Assembly: GCA_051877975.1 (NCBI GenBank)
Contig: JBJEJK010000057.1
Strand: one strand, 5' to 3'
DNA: 64,000 bases
From: Anaerotignum sp.
Lineage (GTDB): Bacteria; Bacillota; Clostridia; Lachnospirales; Anaerotignaceae
Shown one piece after another: positions 17,612 to 27,494 of this stretch (the first letter of the stretch is position 1; each line of letters begins with the position of its first letter). The notes below the pieces were generated by a model. It saw only the letters and a list, made by a program, of their open reading frames with translations, was not told where the DNA came from and ran no database searches. A program made the translations under genes and the position numbers.

Positions 17612-17986
17612 ATGAGTCATCTGTTGACAAATTATTATGAAGCAGCTTCGGTTATCCTCTTTGGCATTGGATTCATGAATCTGCTTCTGCAAAACAATCT
17701 GATTAAAAAATTCATTGGTTTGAATATCATGGATACGGCCACCTACCTTTTTCTGGCATCCAAGGGCTATGTTTCAGGCAGAGTTGCGCCGATCCTGACA
17801 AATGGCATCATTGATGCGGATTACTATGTCAATCCCATTCCGGCCGGTCTGGTTCTGACAGGTATCGTAGTATCCGTAAGTGTAACTGCGTTCTCTCTCG
17901 CTTTGGTTCTGAGATTATATAAGCATTATGGCTCTCTGAACATGGACGAGATCCTGCGTATGATGAGAGAGGAGGAAGGGGAATAA
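17612..17986 (+). CDS. mrpC: Na+/H+ antiporter subunit C (MrpC/NuoK-like)
   Basis: NLIKK.IGL.I, NPIPAGLVLTGIVV; ATG at 17612 after AAAGGAG. Confidence 0.9.
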   Translation: MSHLLTNYYEAASVILFGIGFMNLLLQNNLIKKFIGLNIMDTATYLFLASKGYVSGRVAPILTNGIIDADYYVNPIPAGLVLTGIVVSVSVTAFSLALVLRLYKHYGSLNMDEILRMMREEEGE

Positions 17987-17987
17987 T

Positions 17988-19511
17988 ATGGAGCATCATT
18001 TGAATTTAGTACATAATATACCTTTCTTCAGCATCTTTTTTGCGATGTTCTGCGGTATTATCACACCATTGATTAAAAACGGACGTACTGCCCGCCGTCT
18101 GCACGGGTTCATGGTGCTGCTGGTGGGGGCTTTGTCTGTAGTCCTCCTGGTCAATGTTACCCAAAATGGGGAAGCATTTACCTTTATGATGGGGCATTTC
18201 CCTGCGCCTTGGGGCAATGAACTGCGTGTTGGCCCACTGGAAGCACTGCTGGCAGTATTGGTTAGCGTAGTTATGTTCCTGACGATTACGGGCGGCAGCG
18301 ATATCATTTTTAAAGAAATTGTTCCGGAAAAACAGAATTTCTACTTCATTATGCTGAATGCTACCTTTGGTGCAATGTTGGCGATGACCTATACAAACGA
18401 TATCTTCACAGGCTATGTTTTTATTGAGATTTTAACGATCGCATCCTGTACGCTGATCTTGGCGAAAGGAACAAAACAGGCAATTGTAGGTACCACCCAT
18501 TACTTGGTATTTGGCTGTATGGGTTCCGGTCTGTTTTTGTTGGGGGTATGTATCCTGTATGGTATCACAGGGCAGCTGTTATTCCCCCAGATCAAAGAAG
18601 GGGTTGCGGCGCTGATGGCAACCGGGGAATATCATTTTGCCCTGATGATTGTAGTCAGCCTGATGTTTGTTGGTCTTGGTATCAAGAGCGCGTTGTTCCC
18701 GTTCCATTCCGCACTGCCTACCGCTTACGGTTCTACGATGACAACTTCCAGTGGGATCCTGTCTGGTCTGGTTTTGAAAGCATATATCATTTTGGCAATC
18801 AAACTGACCTTTGAAGTATTTACAATACAGACACTGGTAGATTTGAAGATTGCGGACGTTATGTTCGTTTTGGGTGTCCTTGGCATGGTCATGGGGTCTG
18901 TTTATGCCGTAAAGGAAAGCCGTATGAAGCGTATGCTGGCTTATTCCTCTGTGGCACAGATTGGTTATATCTTCATGGGCATTGGCCTGGGTTCTGTAGC
19001 CGGTATGCTGGCAGCATGTTTCCATGTATTTGCCCATGCAGTTACAAAATCTATGCTGTTCGTATGCTGTGGTGCGTTTATTGAAGATGCCGGCGGCAAG
19101 GAACAGCTGGAAAACCTAAAAGGTGCGGCTCACAGAAATCTTTTGGCGGGTATTGCATTTACGGTGGGCACCCTGTCTATGATTGGTGTGCCTTTGTTTG
19201 CAGGCTTTATTTCCAAGCTGTATTTTGCAATTGCGGCTGTGGAAATGACGGGTCTGCGGCTGATACTGGTTTTGGCGGCTCTGGCAATCTCCATGATTCT
19301 GAACGCCATGTATTTCCTGCCTTCTGTTATTGCTATTTGGACTCGTCCGAAAGAAGAAGGAGAAGAGACAACCAAAAAAGCTCAGGTTTCTCCTACATTC
19401 GCTCTGGCGATGGTATTGTTTATCGTAGTCAATCTGGTATTGGGGATCGGTTACCGTCCCATTATCGATGTAATGAAATTAGGCATCGAATTGATCCAGA
19501 TGACATTGTGA
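17988..19511 (+). CDS. Proton-conducting antiporter-like subunit 1 (MrpD/NuoN-type)
   Basis: PWGNELRV, YVFIE, IKSALFPFH, SGLVLK, RMLAYSSVAQIG, GFISK. Confidence 0.88.
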   Translation: MEHHLNLVHNIPFFSIFFAMFCGIITPLIKNGRTARRLHGFMVLLVGALSVVLLVNVTQNGEAFTFMMGHFPAPWGNELRVGPLEALLAVLVSVVMFLTITGGSDIIFKEIVPEKQNFYFIMLNATFGAMLAMTYTNDIFTGYVFIEILTIASCTLILAKGTKQAIVGTTHYLVFGCMGSGLFLLGVCILYGITGQLLFPQIKEGVAALMATGEYHFALMIVVSLMFVGLGIKSALFPFHSALPTAYGSTMTTSSGILSGLVLKAYIILAIKLTFEVFTIQTLVDLKIADVMFVLGVLGMVMGSVYAVKESRMKRMLAYSSVAQIGYIFMGIGLGSVAGMLAACFHVFAHAVTKSMLFVCCGAFIEDAGGKEQLENLKGAAHRNLLAGIAFTVGTLSMIGVPLFAGFISKLYFAIAAVEMTGLRLILVLAALAISMILNAMYFLPSVIAIWTRPKEEGEETTKKAQVSPTFALAMVLFIVVNLVLGIGYRPIIDVMKLGIELIQMTL

Positions 19512-19533
19512 TGAGAGAATGAGGTGAGAAAAA

Positions 19534-21000
19534 ATGAGCGGAACTGTACTTTTGCTGCTCCCAATGATTTTACCTTTTATCTTTGGTCTCATCATTGGCT
19601 TCCAGAAGGAAGAAAAGCAGCGCAATACTTTAGTTTTTATCGCAATGGCTGTTGAAGCAGGTCTGGTGTGGTATCTGTGCATGGGAGATCATTCCTTCCT
19701 TTTGTGGCAGATTACAGATCGTCTTTCCCTTGCGTATCATACGGACGGGCTGGCAAAATTCTTTGCATGCCTGATCAGTACGATCTGGCTGATCGTAGCA
19801 GTATTTTCCATGGAATATATGAAGCATGAGCATAAACCGGAACGGTTTTTCATGTTTTACACCTTTTCCTTGGGGGCATTGATGAGCCTGTGTTTTTCCG
19901 AAAATATGATGACATTGTATCTGTCCTATGAATTTATGACAATTCTGACAGCTCCAATGGTTATTCATACGGGTACACCGGAAGCAGTCCGTGCCGGTCT
20001 GAAATATCTGGGTTACTCTTTCTTTGGTGCAGGCTTGGGGCTGATGGGTTTCTTCTTCCTGAACACCTATTGCGAAACAACCACTTTCGCTGCCGGCGGT
20101 ACGCTGAATATGGCGTTGGTGGCAGGGAATGAAAACCTGATGCTGATCGTGTTCTTCCTGATGGCTCTGGGCTTTGGCTGTAAGGCGGGTATGTTCCCCC
20201 TGCATGCTTGGCTGCCCACGGCCCACCCGGTAGCACCTTCCCCTGCATCTGCAGTCCTTTCCGGTATCATCACAAAGGGCGGCGTTATCGCTATCATCCG
20301 TGTGACATATTATCTGTTCGGCGTGGATTTCCTTCGGGGAACCTGGGCACAGACCGCACTGCTGGTGTTGTCCATCATCACTATCTTCATGGGCTCCATG
20401 CTGGCTTATAAAGAAAAACTGTTGAAAAGAAGATTAGCCTATTCCACCGTTTCCAACGTTTCCTACGTTGTGTTTGGGCTGATGCTGATGTGCCCCGCAG
20501 GTTTCATGGGTGCACTGCTGCAGGTAGTTTTCCATGCTGTTGCAAAGAACATCCTGTTCCTTTGCGCCGGTGCTATCATCTACAAAACCCATAAAACCTT
20601 CGTTTATGAACTGAAGGGAATTGGAAAGGAAATGCCTATCGTTATGTGGACATTTGCCTTGGCAGCATTGTCCCTGATCGGGATTCCTCCTACCAGCGGT
20701 TTTGTCAGCAAGTGGTATCTGGCACAGGGCGGTTTGCTGCCGGAAGCAGGCGTTTTGGGCATCGTCGGCGTAGCAGTGCTGATGGTCAGCGCATTGCTGA
20801 CAGCAGGCTACCTGATGAGCATTGTGGTAAACGCATTCTTCCCCGGCAAGGACTTCAACTATGCTTCTTTGCAGAAAAAAGAACCAAATTGCTTGATGAC
20901 GGTACCTCTGGTATTGCTGAGTATTGCAGTGGTTGGCTTTGGTATCCTGCCGCTGCCTTTGATGGATATCATCAGCAGTATCAGCGGAATGATTTTCTAA
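19534..21000 (+). CDS. Proton-conducting antiporter-like subunit 2 (MrpD-type)
   Basis: YLSYE, CKAGMFPLHAWLP, SGIITK, RRLAYST, GFVSKW. Confidence 0.88.
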   Translation: MSGTVLLLLPMILPFIFGLIIGFQKEEKQRNTLVFIAMAVEAGLVWYLCMGDHSFLLWQITDRLSLAYHTDGLAKFFACLISTIWLIVAVFSMEYMKHEHKPERFFMFYTFSLGALMSLCFSENMMTLYLSYEFMTILTAPMVIHTGTPEAVRAGLKYLGYSFFGAGLGLMGFFFLNTYCETTTFAAGGTLNMALVAGNENLMLIVFFLMALGFGCKAGMFPLHAWLPTAHPVAPSPASAVLSGIITKGGVIAIIRVTYYLFGVDFLRGTWAQTALLVLSIITIFMGSMLAYKEKLLKRRLAYSTVSNVSYVVFGLMLMCPAGFMGALLQVVFHAVAKNILFLCAGAIIYKTHKTFVYELKGIGKEMPIVMWTFALAALSLIGIPPTSGFVSKWYLAQGGLLPEAGVLGIVGVAVLMVSALLTAGYLMSIVVNAFFPGKDFNYASLQKKEPNCLMTVPLVLLSIAVVGFGILPLPLMDIISSISGMIF

Positions 21001-21019
21001 GGGAAAGGGAGGAAACATT

Positions 21020-22498
21020 ATGAACGCATTTGCGACATTGTTACCGGTGATCTTTCCGATCATTGCAGGTGCTTGCCTGCTGCCGGTAAAATTTAGTGAC
21101 AGAAAAGCCCGTGAAAGAGTTGTGCTGCCTATCGTTGTATTGAATGCGATTTTCGCTCTATATGCGATTTACGGCACAGAACCAGGCATGTTCACGCTTT
21201 TCCGATTCAGCGATAAACTGTCTCTGGCGCTGCAGATAGATGGCATGTCCAAGGTGTTTGGTACGATGGTTTCCCTTTTGTGGATCGTCACTACCATTTA
21301 TGCCTTTGAATATATGACCCATGAAGGCCATGAGGACAGATTCTTCGCATTCTTTATTATGACATTTGGCGTCGTTGTTGGTATCGCTTTTGCTGCCAAC
21401 TTCCTGACTATGTATTTGTTCTATGAATTCCTGACACTGGCCACATTGCCTCTGGTTATGCATCAGTTTGACAATAAGGCGCGCCATGCCGGGAAAATGT
21501 ACATACTTTATATGATGTTCGGTGCATCTTTGGCATTCATCGGCTTCGTATTCATTCTGAGCTATGGCACAACGACGGATTTCCTCTATGGCGGTGTGCT
21601 GGATCCTGCATTGGTGGCAGGACATGAGGATATGCTTCGCTTTGTATTCGTGCTGGCATTCTTCGGCTTTGGCGTAAAAGCTGCGGTATTTCCTTTTTAC
21701 CGCTGGCTGCCGAAGGCATCCGTTGCGCCTACACCCGTTACAGCATTGCTGCACGCGGTAGCAGTCGTAAAATCCGGTATTTTTGCCATCATCCGTCTGA
21801 CATATTTTGCCTTTGGTACGGAATTTTTGGCAGGCACATGGGCACAGTATGTGATGCTGATTGCCGCTGCCATCACCATCGTGTTCGGTTCTACAGTAGC
21901 CCTGAGAACCCCTCACATCAAAAGAAGATTTGCATACTCTACCGTTTCCAATCTGTCCTATATCATCTTTGGCATTGCCGTGATGACACCGGCAGGCTTG
22001 GCGGCAGGTATGCTGCATATGGTTTACCATGCTGTTATCAAAATCACGCTGTTCTTTACTGCTGGCGCGATCCTGTATAAGACCCATCGGGAATACCTCT
22101 ACGAGGTGGAAGGCTTTGGCAGGCTGATGCCCATTACCTTTGCCACCATGGCGATCACAGGCCTGGGGCTGGTAGGGGTGCCTCCCTTTGCCGGTTTCCA
22201 TAGTAAATGGGCGTTGGCAACGGCAGCAGTTTCCAGCGGCAATCCTGTAACCTATATTGGTGTTGTTGCGTTGATTTTGTCTGCACTCTTGACGGCATTG
22301 TATATTTTCTCCATCATCATCCGGGCATATTTCCCCAGAGAAAAGGAATATCCTGCGGATTATTACCATCATGTATCTGACCCGAATAAATACATGACAG
22401 TGCCTTTGGTGATTTTGGCTATCGTTTCTATTATCATGGGTCTGATGCCCGACACACTGCTGGGTATTATGAATGACGCTATCTTGGGCGTACTGTAA
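21020..22498 (+). CDS. Proton-conducting antiporter-like subunit 3 (MrpD-sized, MrpA/NuoL-like TM8 His)
   Basis: YLFYE, VKAAVFP, APTPVTALLHAVAVVK, RRFAYST, GFHSKW. Confidence 0.88.
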   Translation: MNAFATLLPVIFPIIAGACLLPVKFSDRKARERVVLPIVVLNAIFALYAIYGTEPGMFTLFRFSDKLSLALQIDGMSKVFGTMVSLLWIVTTIYAFEYMTHEGHEDRFFAFFIMTFGVVVGIAFAANFLTMYLFYEFLTLATLPLVMHQFDNKARHAGKMYILYMMFGASLAFIGFVFILSYGTTTDFLYGGVLDPALVAGHEDMLRFVFVLAFFGFGVKAAVFPFYRWLPKASVAPTPVTALLHAVAVVKSGIFAIIRLTYFAFGTEFLAGTWAQYVMLIAAAITIVFGSTVALRTPHIKRRFAYSTVSNLSYIIFGIAVMTPAGLAAGMLHMVYHAVIKITLFFTAGAILYKTHREYLYEVEGFGRLMPITFATMAITGLGLVGVPPFAGFHSKWALATAAVSSGNPVTYIGVVALILSALLTALYIFSIIIRAYFPREKEYPADYYHHVSDPNKYMTVPLVILAIVSIIMGLMPDTLLGIMNDAILGVL

Positions 22499-22514
22499 AA
22501 GGAGGGGAGAAAGA

Positions 22515-24485
22515 ATGGAACCTATTGCAACAACAAGTATCATATTACCGTTTTTGGTGTTCTTTCCTTTTCTGGGCGCAGTGATAAGCTATCTCATCGG
22601 CCGCAGCAATAAGGGCGCAAGAGACCTTTGGACATGGATTCTCTCCGCGGTGATTTTCGTTGCCAGCCTGATGCTCATTGGTAAGGAAACCGTTTATGAA
22701 ATCTCCGGCTTCTGCGGATTGGGTATGAGCTTTGCCGCAGATGGATTTGGAACCATCCTGGCAGTGCTGACTTCTTCCATTTGGCTGATCACAACACTGT
22801 TTTCCAAGGAATATATGGCAGCAGAACGGAACAGGAATCGCTATTATTTCTTCGTATTCCTGACATTGGGTGCGACCATGGGTATTTTCCTTTCTGCTGA
22901 TCTGTTTACAACATTTATCTTCTTCGAAATCATGTCCTTCACCTCCTTTGTATTGGTTATGCACGATGAAGAAGAATTTACAGTGCGTGCGGCGAAAACC
23001 TATCTGGCGGTGGCAGTTATCGGCGGTCTGGTAACGCTGATGGGTCTGTTTATGATGTATCAGAAAGCCGGCACATTGAATATGAGCGAGTTGACAGCCT
23101 TCATGCAGGCTCAGGAAAATCCTGCAGATTTCTATGCCATCGGCGTCTTGATCCTGTTTGGCTTTGCTGCAAAGGCCGGTCTGTTCCCGCTGCATATTTG
23201 GCTGCCCAATGCCTACACCGTGGCACCTGCGCCTTCCAGCGCGCTGCTTTCCTGCCTGCTGACAAAAACCGGTGTATTCGGCACGATTATCGTAAGCTGC
23301 AAGCTGTTCCTGCACGATGCAGTTTGGGGAAACTTTATTTTGATTCTGGGCATCATTACCATGGTCATGGGGGCAGTTCTGGCGGTATTCTCCGTAAATC
23401 TGAAGAGAACACTGGCTTGCTCCTCCATGTCTCAGATTGGCTTTATCATCATTGCCATCGGGATGCAGGGCTTGCTGGGCGAACATAACGCCCTGGCGGC
23501 CAGCGGTACTTTTCTGCATTTCCTGAATCACTCGCTGTTCAAGCTGCTGCTGTTTATCGGCGCAGGGGTGATTTTCATGAACCTGAGAGAACTGAACCTG
23601 AACAAGATACGTGGATATGGGAAAGAGAAACCTCTGCTGAAATTTATCTTCCTGATGCCTATTTTGGGGATCGGCGGTATCCCTCTGTGGAACGGATATA
23701 TTTCCAAGACATTGATTCACGAAAGCATGGTGGAATATATCGAGCTTCTGGCGGAAGCAGGGCAGTCCACAACATTCATGCATTGCGCGGAAGCATTATT
23801 CCTGTTCTCTGGCGGGCTGACATTGGCATATATGACAAAGATTTTTGTATGTATCTTTATTGAGGATAACCCCTATGGCGTGCCTCAGTCTGTGAGAAAA
23901 GGCCCTTATATGAGCAAAATGATGGCTGTCATTTTGGCGGCAATCGCGATCCTGCTGCCCGTTTTGGGCTGCTTGCCGCATCAGACACAGGATGTTCTGG
24001 CGGCTATGGGCGCGCATTTCATGAATGCCCATACACCTGACCATGCCATCCATTATTTCGCATGGGTGAACCTGAAAGGTGCAGTCATTTCCATCTGTGT
24101 TGGCGTTATCGTTTACTTCCTGTTCATCCGCAAGGTGCTGATGAGAAAGGACGAAAACGGCAATTTGGTTTATGTGGATTGCTGGCCTGCATGGTGCAAT
24201 ATCGAAGAGAAGATCTATCGTCCTCTGCTGCTGATTGTTCTGCCCTATATCGGCGGTTTCTTCGCCCGTATCGCAGGCAACCTGCTGGACGGTTTTATCT
24301 CCATATTGCGTATGCTGATCTTCAATGATGACAATGGCCGTGTGGTTCCTCCGGAAGATAAATATTTCTCTGCTTATACGGATTATGAAGCAGACCACGA
24401 AATGTACCGGGAAGGCTTCGCGACCAGCCTGCTGCTGATCGGCATTGGTTTGACAATCGCGGTTATCTATATTATTCTTGCATAA
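22515..24485 (+). CDS. Proton-conducting antiporter-like subunit 4 (long, with C-terminal extension)
   Basis: ATG at 22515 after GGAGG; FIFFE, AKAGLFPLHIWLP, LLTKTG, GYISK; long C-terminal extension ending in a TM helix. Confidence 0.88.
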   Translation: MEPIATTSIILPFLVFFPFLGAVISYLIGRSNKGARDLWTWILSAVIFVASLMLIGKETVYEISGFCGLGMSFAADGFGTILAVLTSSIWLITTLFSKEYMAAERNRNRYYFFVFLTLGATMGIFLSADLFTTFIFFEIMSFTSFVLVMHDEEEFTVRAAKTYLAVAVIGGLVTLMGLFMMYQKAGTLNMSELTAFMQAQENPADFYAIGVLILFGFAAKAGLFPLHIWLPNAYTVAPAPSSALLSCLLTKTGVFGTIIVSCKLFLHDAVWGNFILILGIITMVMGAVLAVFSVNLKRTLACSSMSQIGFIIIAIGMQGLLGEHNALAASGTFLHFLNHSLFKLLLFIGAGVIFMNLRELNLNKIRGYGKEKPLLKFIFLMPILGIGGIPLWNGYISKTLIHESMVEYIELLAEAGQSTTFMHCAEALFLFSGGLTLAYMTKIFVCIFIEDNPYGVPQSVRKGPYMSKMMAVILAAIAILLPVLGCLPHQTQDVLAAMGAHFMNAHTPDHAIHYFAWVNLKGAVISICVGVIVYFLFIRKVLMRKDENGNLVYVDCWPAWCNIEEKIYRPLLLIVLPYIGGFFARIAGNLLDGFISILRMLIFNDDNGRVVPPEDKYFSAYTDYEADHEMYREGFATSLLLIGIGLTIAVIYIILA

Positions 24486-24499
24486 GGCATAAGATTTTT

Positions 24500-24528
24500 G
24501 CCCCTGCTCCCAAAGAGCGGGGGCTTTT
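24500..24528 (+). terminator. Intrinsic terminator after the mrp-like operon
   Basis: GCCCCTGCTC-ccaaa-GAGCGGGGGC-TTTT. Confidence 0.65.
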
Positions 24529-24658
24529 GCGTTAGAGGGAAGAAAGGAAGCAAAAAACAGCGATGGATTTTCTGTCTGCGGAAACTCTGTGATTGACAGC
24601 CGCATTTCCACAAGGTAAAATCAATATAGAGTATTCTGCAAAAAAAGGAGCAGGGAAT

Positions 24659-25732
24659 ATGAATTTTAAAAAATGGATCTCATTTGGCCTAGCTGGGTGT
24701 TTTCTTTTCAGCGGCTGCGCTGCGCAGAGGGAACAGGCACAGGCTGCACTGGAAAACAGTCAGCAGGAAAATAGATATGAAGCGACTTCTTTCGCTATGG
24801 ATACGGTGATGACATTTACCATTATCCATGAGGATGGAGAAGAATTGCTGATTGATGCGGAACAGGAAATTAGAAGATTAGAAAATTTATTTTCTGTAAC
24901 ATTGGATGACAGCGAAGTAAGACAGATCAATGAGAATGCGGGAGACAAACCGGTTCATGTATCAGCGGATACACTGGCTTTGTTAAAGACAGGGGAAGAG
25001 TTGGGCGAGAAAACAGGAAATGCGTTTGATATTGCGATTTACCCAGTGGTAAAAGCATGGGGATTTACAGAAGAAGAACATAGTGTACCCTCGCAGGAAA
25101 CGATTGACAGATTGCTTCCTTTGACAAATTTGGACGGTTTGATCCTGAATGAGGAGGATTCTACAGCATATCTGGAAAAAGAGGGCATGGCAATAGATTT
25201 GGGCGGTGTTGCCAAAGGATATGCTTCCGATCGGGTGAAGGATTTACTGAAAGAAAAAGGCGTAGAATCGGCATTGTTATCTTTGGGTGGCAATATCTGT
25301 GCCATTGGCAGCAAGCCTGACGGTAACCCCTGGAAAACAGCTGTGCAAAATCCCATAGATGAAAATGATTATGTAGGCCTGTTGGAGGCGACAGATACCT
25401 GTATCATCACTTCCGGCGGTTATCAGAGATATTTTGAAGAAGACGGCAAGCGGTATCATCATATTATCGACCCTGCCACAGGCTGGCCTGCAGAAAGCGG
25501 TCTGCTTTCTGTGACGATTGTTTGTGAGAGCGGTACGAAAGCTGATGCACTTTCTACGGCGTTGTTCGTGATGGGGCTGGAGGATGCACTGTCCTATTGG
25601 AAGAGCCAAAATGATTTTGAAGCAATTTTTGTGACAGAAGACGGAGAAGTTGTAGCCACAGAAGGGTTGAAAGACAGCTTTACATTTGAAGGAAAAGATA
25701 ATGATTTTACTTATCGGCTGGCAGAAAGATAA
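24659..25732 (+). CDS. apbE: FAD:protein FMN transferase, lipoprotein
   Basis: Signal peptide with lipobox FSGC; FAMDT, DLGGVAKGY, TSGGYQRY, HHIIDP.TG, ADALSTA. Confidence 0.92.
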   Translation: MNFKKWISFGLAGCFLFSGCAAQREQAQAALENSQQENRYEATSFAMDTVMTFTIIHEDGEELLIDAEQEIRRLENLFSVTLDDSEVRQINENAGDKPVHVSADTLALLKTGEELGEKTGNAFDIAIYPVVKAWGFTEEEHSVPSQETIDRLLPLTNLDGLILNEEDSTAYLEKEGMAIDLGGVAKGYASDRVKDLLKEKGVESALLSLGGNICAIGSKPDGNPWKTAVQNPIDENDYVGLLEATDTCIITSGGYQRYFEEDGKRYHHIIDPATGWPAESGLLSVTIVCESGTKADALSTALFVMGLEDALSYWKSQNDFEAIFVTEDGEVVATEGLKDSFTFEGKDNDFTYRLAER

Positions 25733-25747
25733 AAGGAGGAACTTGAT

Positions 25748-26053
25748 ATGGGGAAATGCAGAGATTTTTTGAACACAGTAACATTTGAATGTGATTGGAA
25801 AGATATGGGGCTAATGGGCATTTGCGCGGGCTCCTTGGGGGCACTGGCAGGCATGGTTGTGCCTGAAAAATATAAAAATGCGGCAGCCTTTGGCGCAGGG
25901 GCAGGCTTTTTTCTCTCTGCGGTGGCAGTGACAGTGAAAAGCATTGAAGCGTCAAGAGAAAAGGATTTTGATAAAGATTTTGACGAGTGGGAAGATTTCG
26001 ATGAGGAAGACTGCTTGACGGAGCATGCCGAAAAAGAAACCGAAGGGGAATAA
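25748..26053 (+). CDS. Small membrane protein with acidic tail, function unknown
   Basis: AAGGAGG RBS, two hydrophobic segments, D/E-rich C-terminus. Confidence 0.7.
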   Translation: MGKCRDFLNTVTFECDWKDMGLMGICAGSLGALAGMVVPEKYKNAAAFGAGAGFFLSAVAVTVKSIEASREKDFDKDFDEWEDFDEEDCLTEHAEKETEGE

Positions 26054-26164
26054 ACGAGAAAAAGAAAGGGTATTCAAGGAAAATTAGATTTTTTGATGCC
26101 CTTTTGTCATATATTGCGGAAAAACGGAAGGGTATCTGTTTTTTCGCTGTAAGGAGGTAAGGTT

Positions 26165-27469
26165 ATGGGTATTTTGAAGGTAGGCATCGGCGCAGCCCAA
26201 GGGGTGCTGGCGGATACATGGAGAGAGTATTTCTATTGTCCCTCCATGGAGGCGGATGTTTTGGTGCAGAAGGGGGAACAGCGCCAATCCAAAAGAGGCT
26301 TGAATGCGAAAAAGAGTGAAAATATTATTTCCAACGGTTCCATCATTGCAGTCAATGAGGGACAATGCATGATGATTGTGGAGCAGGGAAAGGTGGTAGA
26401 GGTTTGCGCGGAAGCGGGGGAATTTCTTTATGATACTTCTGCAGAGCCCAGCATTTTTTATGGTGACCTGAAGGAAAGCATCAAAGAAAGCTTCCAACAG
26501 TTTGGTAAGCGTGTGGGGTTTGGCGGCGATACTGCCGGAGACCAGAGGGTATATTTTTTCAATACGAAAGAAATTTTGGGTAACAAATACGGCACATCCA
26601 ACCCCGTACCGTTTCGTGTGGTAGATGCGAATATTGGTCTGGATATTGATATTTCCATTCGATGCCATGGGGAATATGCGTATCGAATGACAGACCCGGT
26701 TTTGTTCTATAAAAATATTTGTGGCAATGTGGAGGATACATATACCAGAGACCGCATTGATTCTCAGCTGAAAAGTGAAATGCTGACAGCTTTGCAGCCT
26801 GCCTTTGGCAAAATTTCCGCTATGGGTATCCGCTACAGTGCGTTGCCTGGCCATGCGATGGAACTTTCCCAGGCACTGAATGAGGTTTTAGCGGAAAAGT
26901 GGGGCGGCAGATATGGAATTGAAATCACATCCATCGGTGTGAACAGCGTGAAGGCTTCTGAGGAAGACGAAGCCATGATCAAAGAATTGCAGAGAAATGC
27001 CGCCCTTCGCAATCCTTCCATGGCGGTGGCGCATCTGGTGAATGCACAGGCGGAAGCTATGCAGGCAGCGGCGGCAAATAATAATGCAGGGCCTATGATG
27101 GCCTTTGCTGGTATGAATCTGGCGAATCAGGCGGGCGGCATGAATGCAGGTCAGTTGTTCCAAATGGCGGCTCAGCAGCAACAGCCCCCACAGCCTATGC
27201 AAGGCTGGAACTGTGCCTGCGGCAAAGCAGGAAATACAGGGAATTTTTGTACAGAATGCGGCGGCAGCAAGCCTGCGGAAAACTGCTGGATCTGTGAATG
27301 TGGTTCTCAGAATAAAGGCAAATTCTGCCCCCAGTGCGGGAAACCAAAGCCCACAGGCGTACCCCAGTACAAATGCGATAAATGCGGATGGGAGCCGGAA
27401 GACCCCACAAAGCCGCCCCGTTTCTGCCCGGAATGCGGCGATCCTTTTGGTGATGAAGACAGAAAATAA
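26165..27469 (+). CDS. SPFH/band-7-like protein with C-terminal zinc ribbons
   Basis: AAGGAGG RBS; ISNGSII.V.EGQ, YFFNTKEI.G.K.GT..PVPF; tail with repeated C.CG...FC..CG motifs. Confidence 0.8.
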   Translation: MGILKVGIGAAQGVLADTWREYFYCPSMEADVLVQKGEQRQSKRGLNAKKSENIISNGSIIAVNEGQCMMIVEQGKVVEVCAEAGEFLYDTSAEPSIFYGDLKESIKESFQQFGKRVGFGGDTAGDQRVYFFNTKEILGNKYGTSNPVPFRVVDANIGLDIDISIRCHGEYAYRMTDPVLFYKNICGNVEDTYTRDRIDSQLKSEMLTALQPAFGKISAMGIRYSALPGHAMELSQALNEVLAEKWGGRYGIEITSIGVNSVKASEEDEAMIKELQRNAALRNPSMAVAHLVNAQAEAMQAAAANNNAGPMMAFAGMNLANQAGGMNAGQLFQMAAQQQQPPQPMQGWNCACGKAGNTGNFCTECGGSKPAENCWICECGSQNKGKFCPQCGKPKPTGVPQYKCDKCGWEPEDPTKPPRFCPECGDPFGDEDRK

Positions 27470-27494
27470 GACGGAGAAGAAAAAAGTCATCCAC

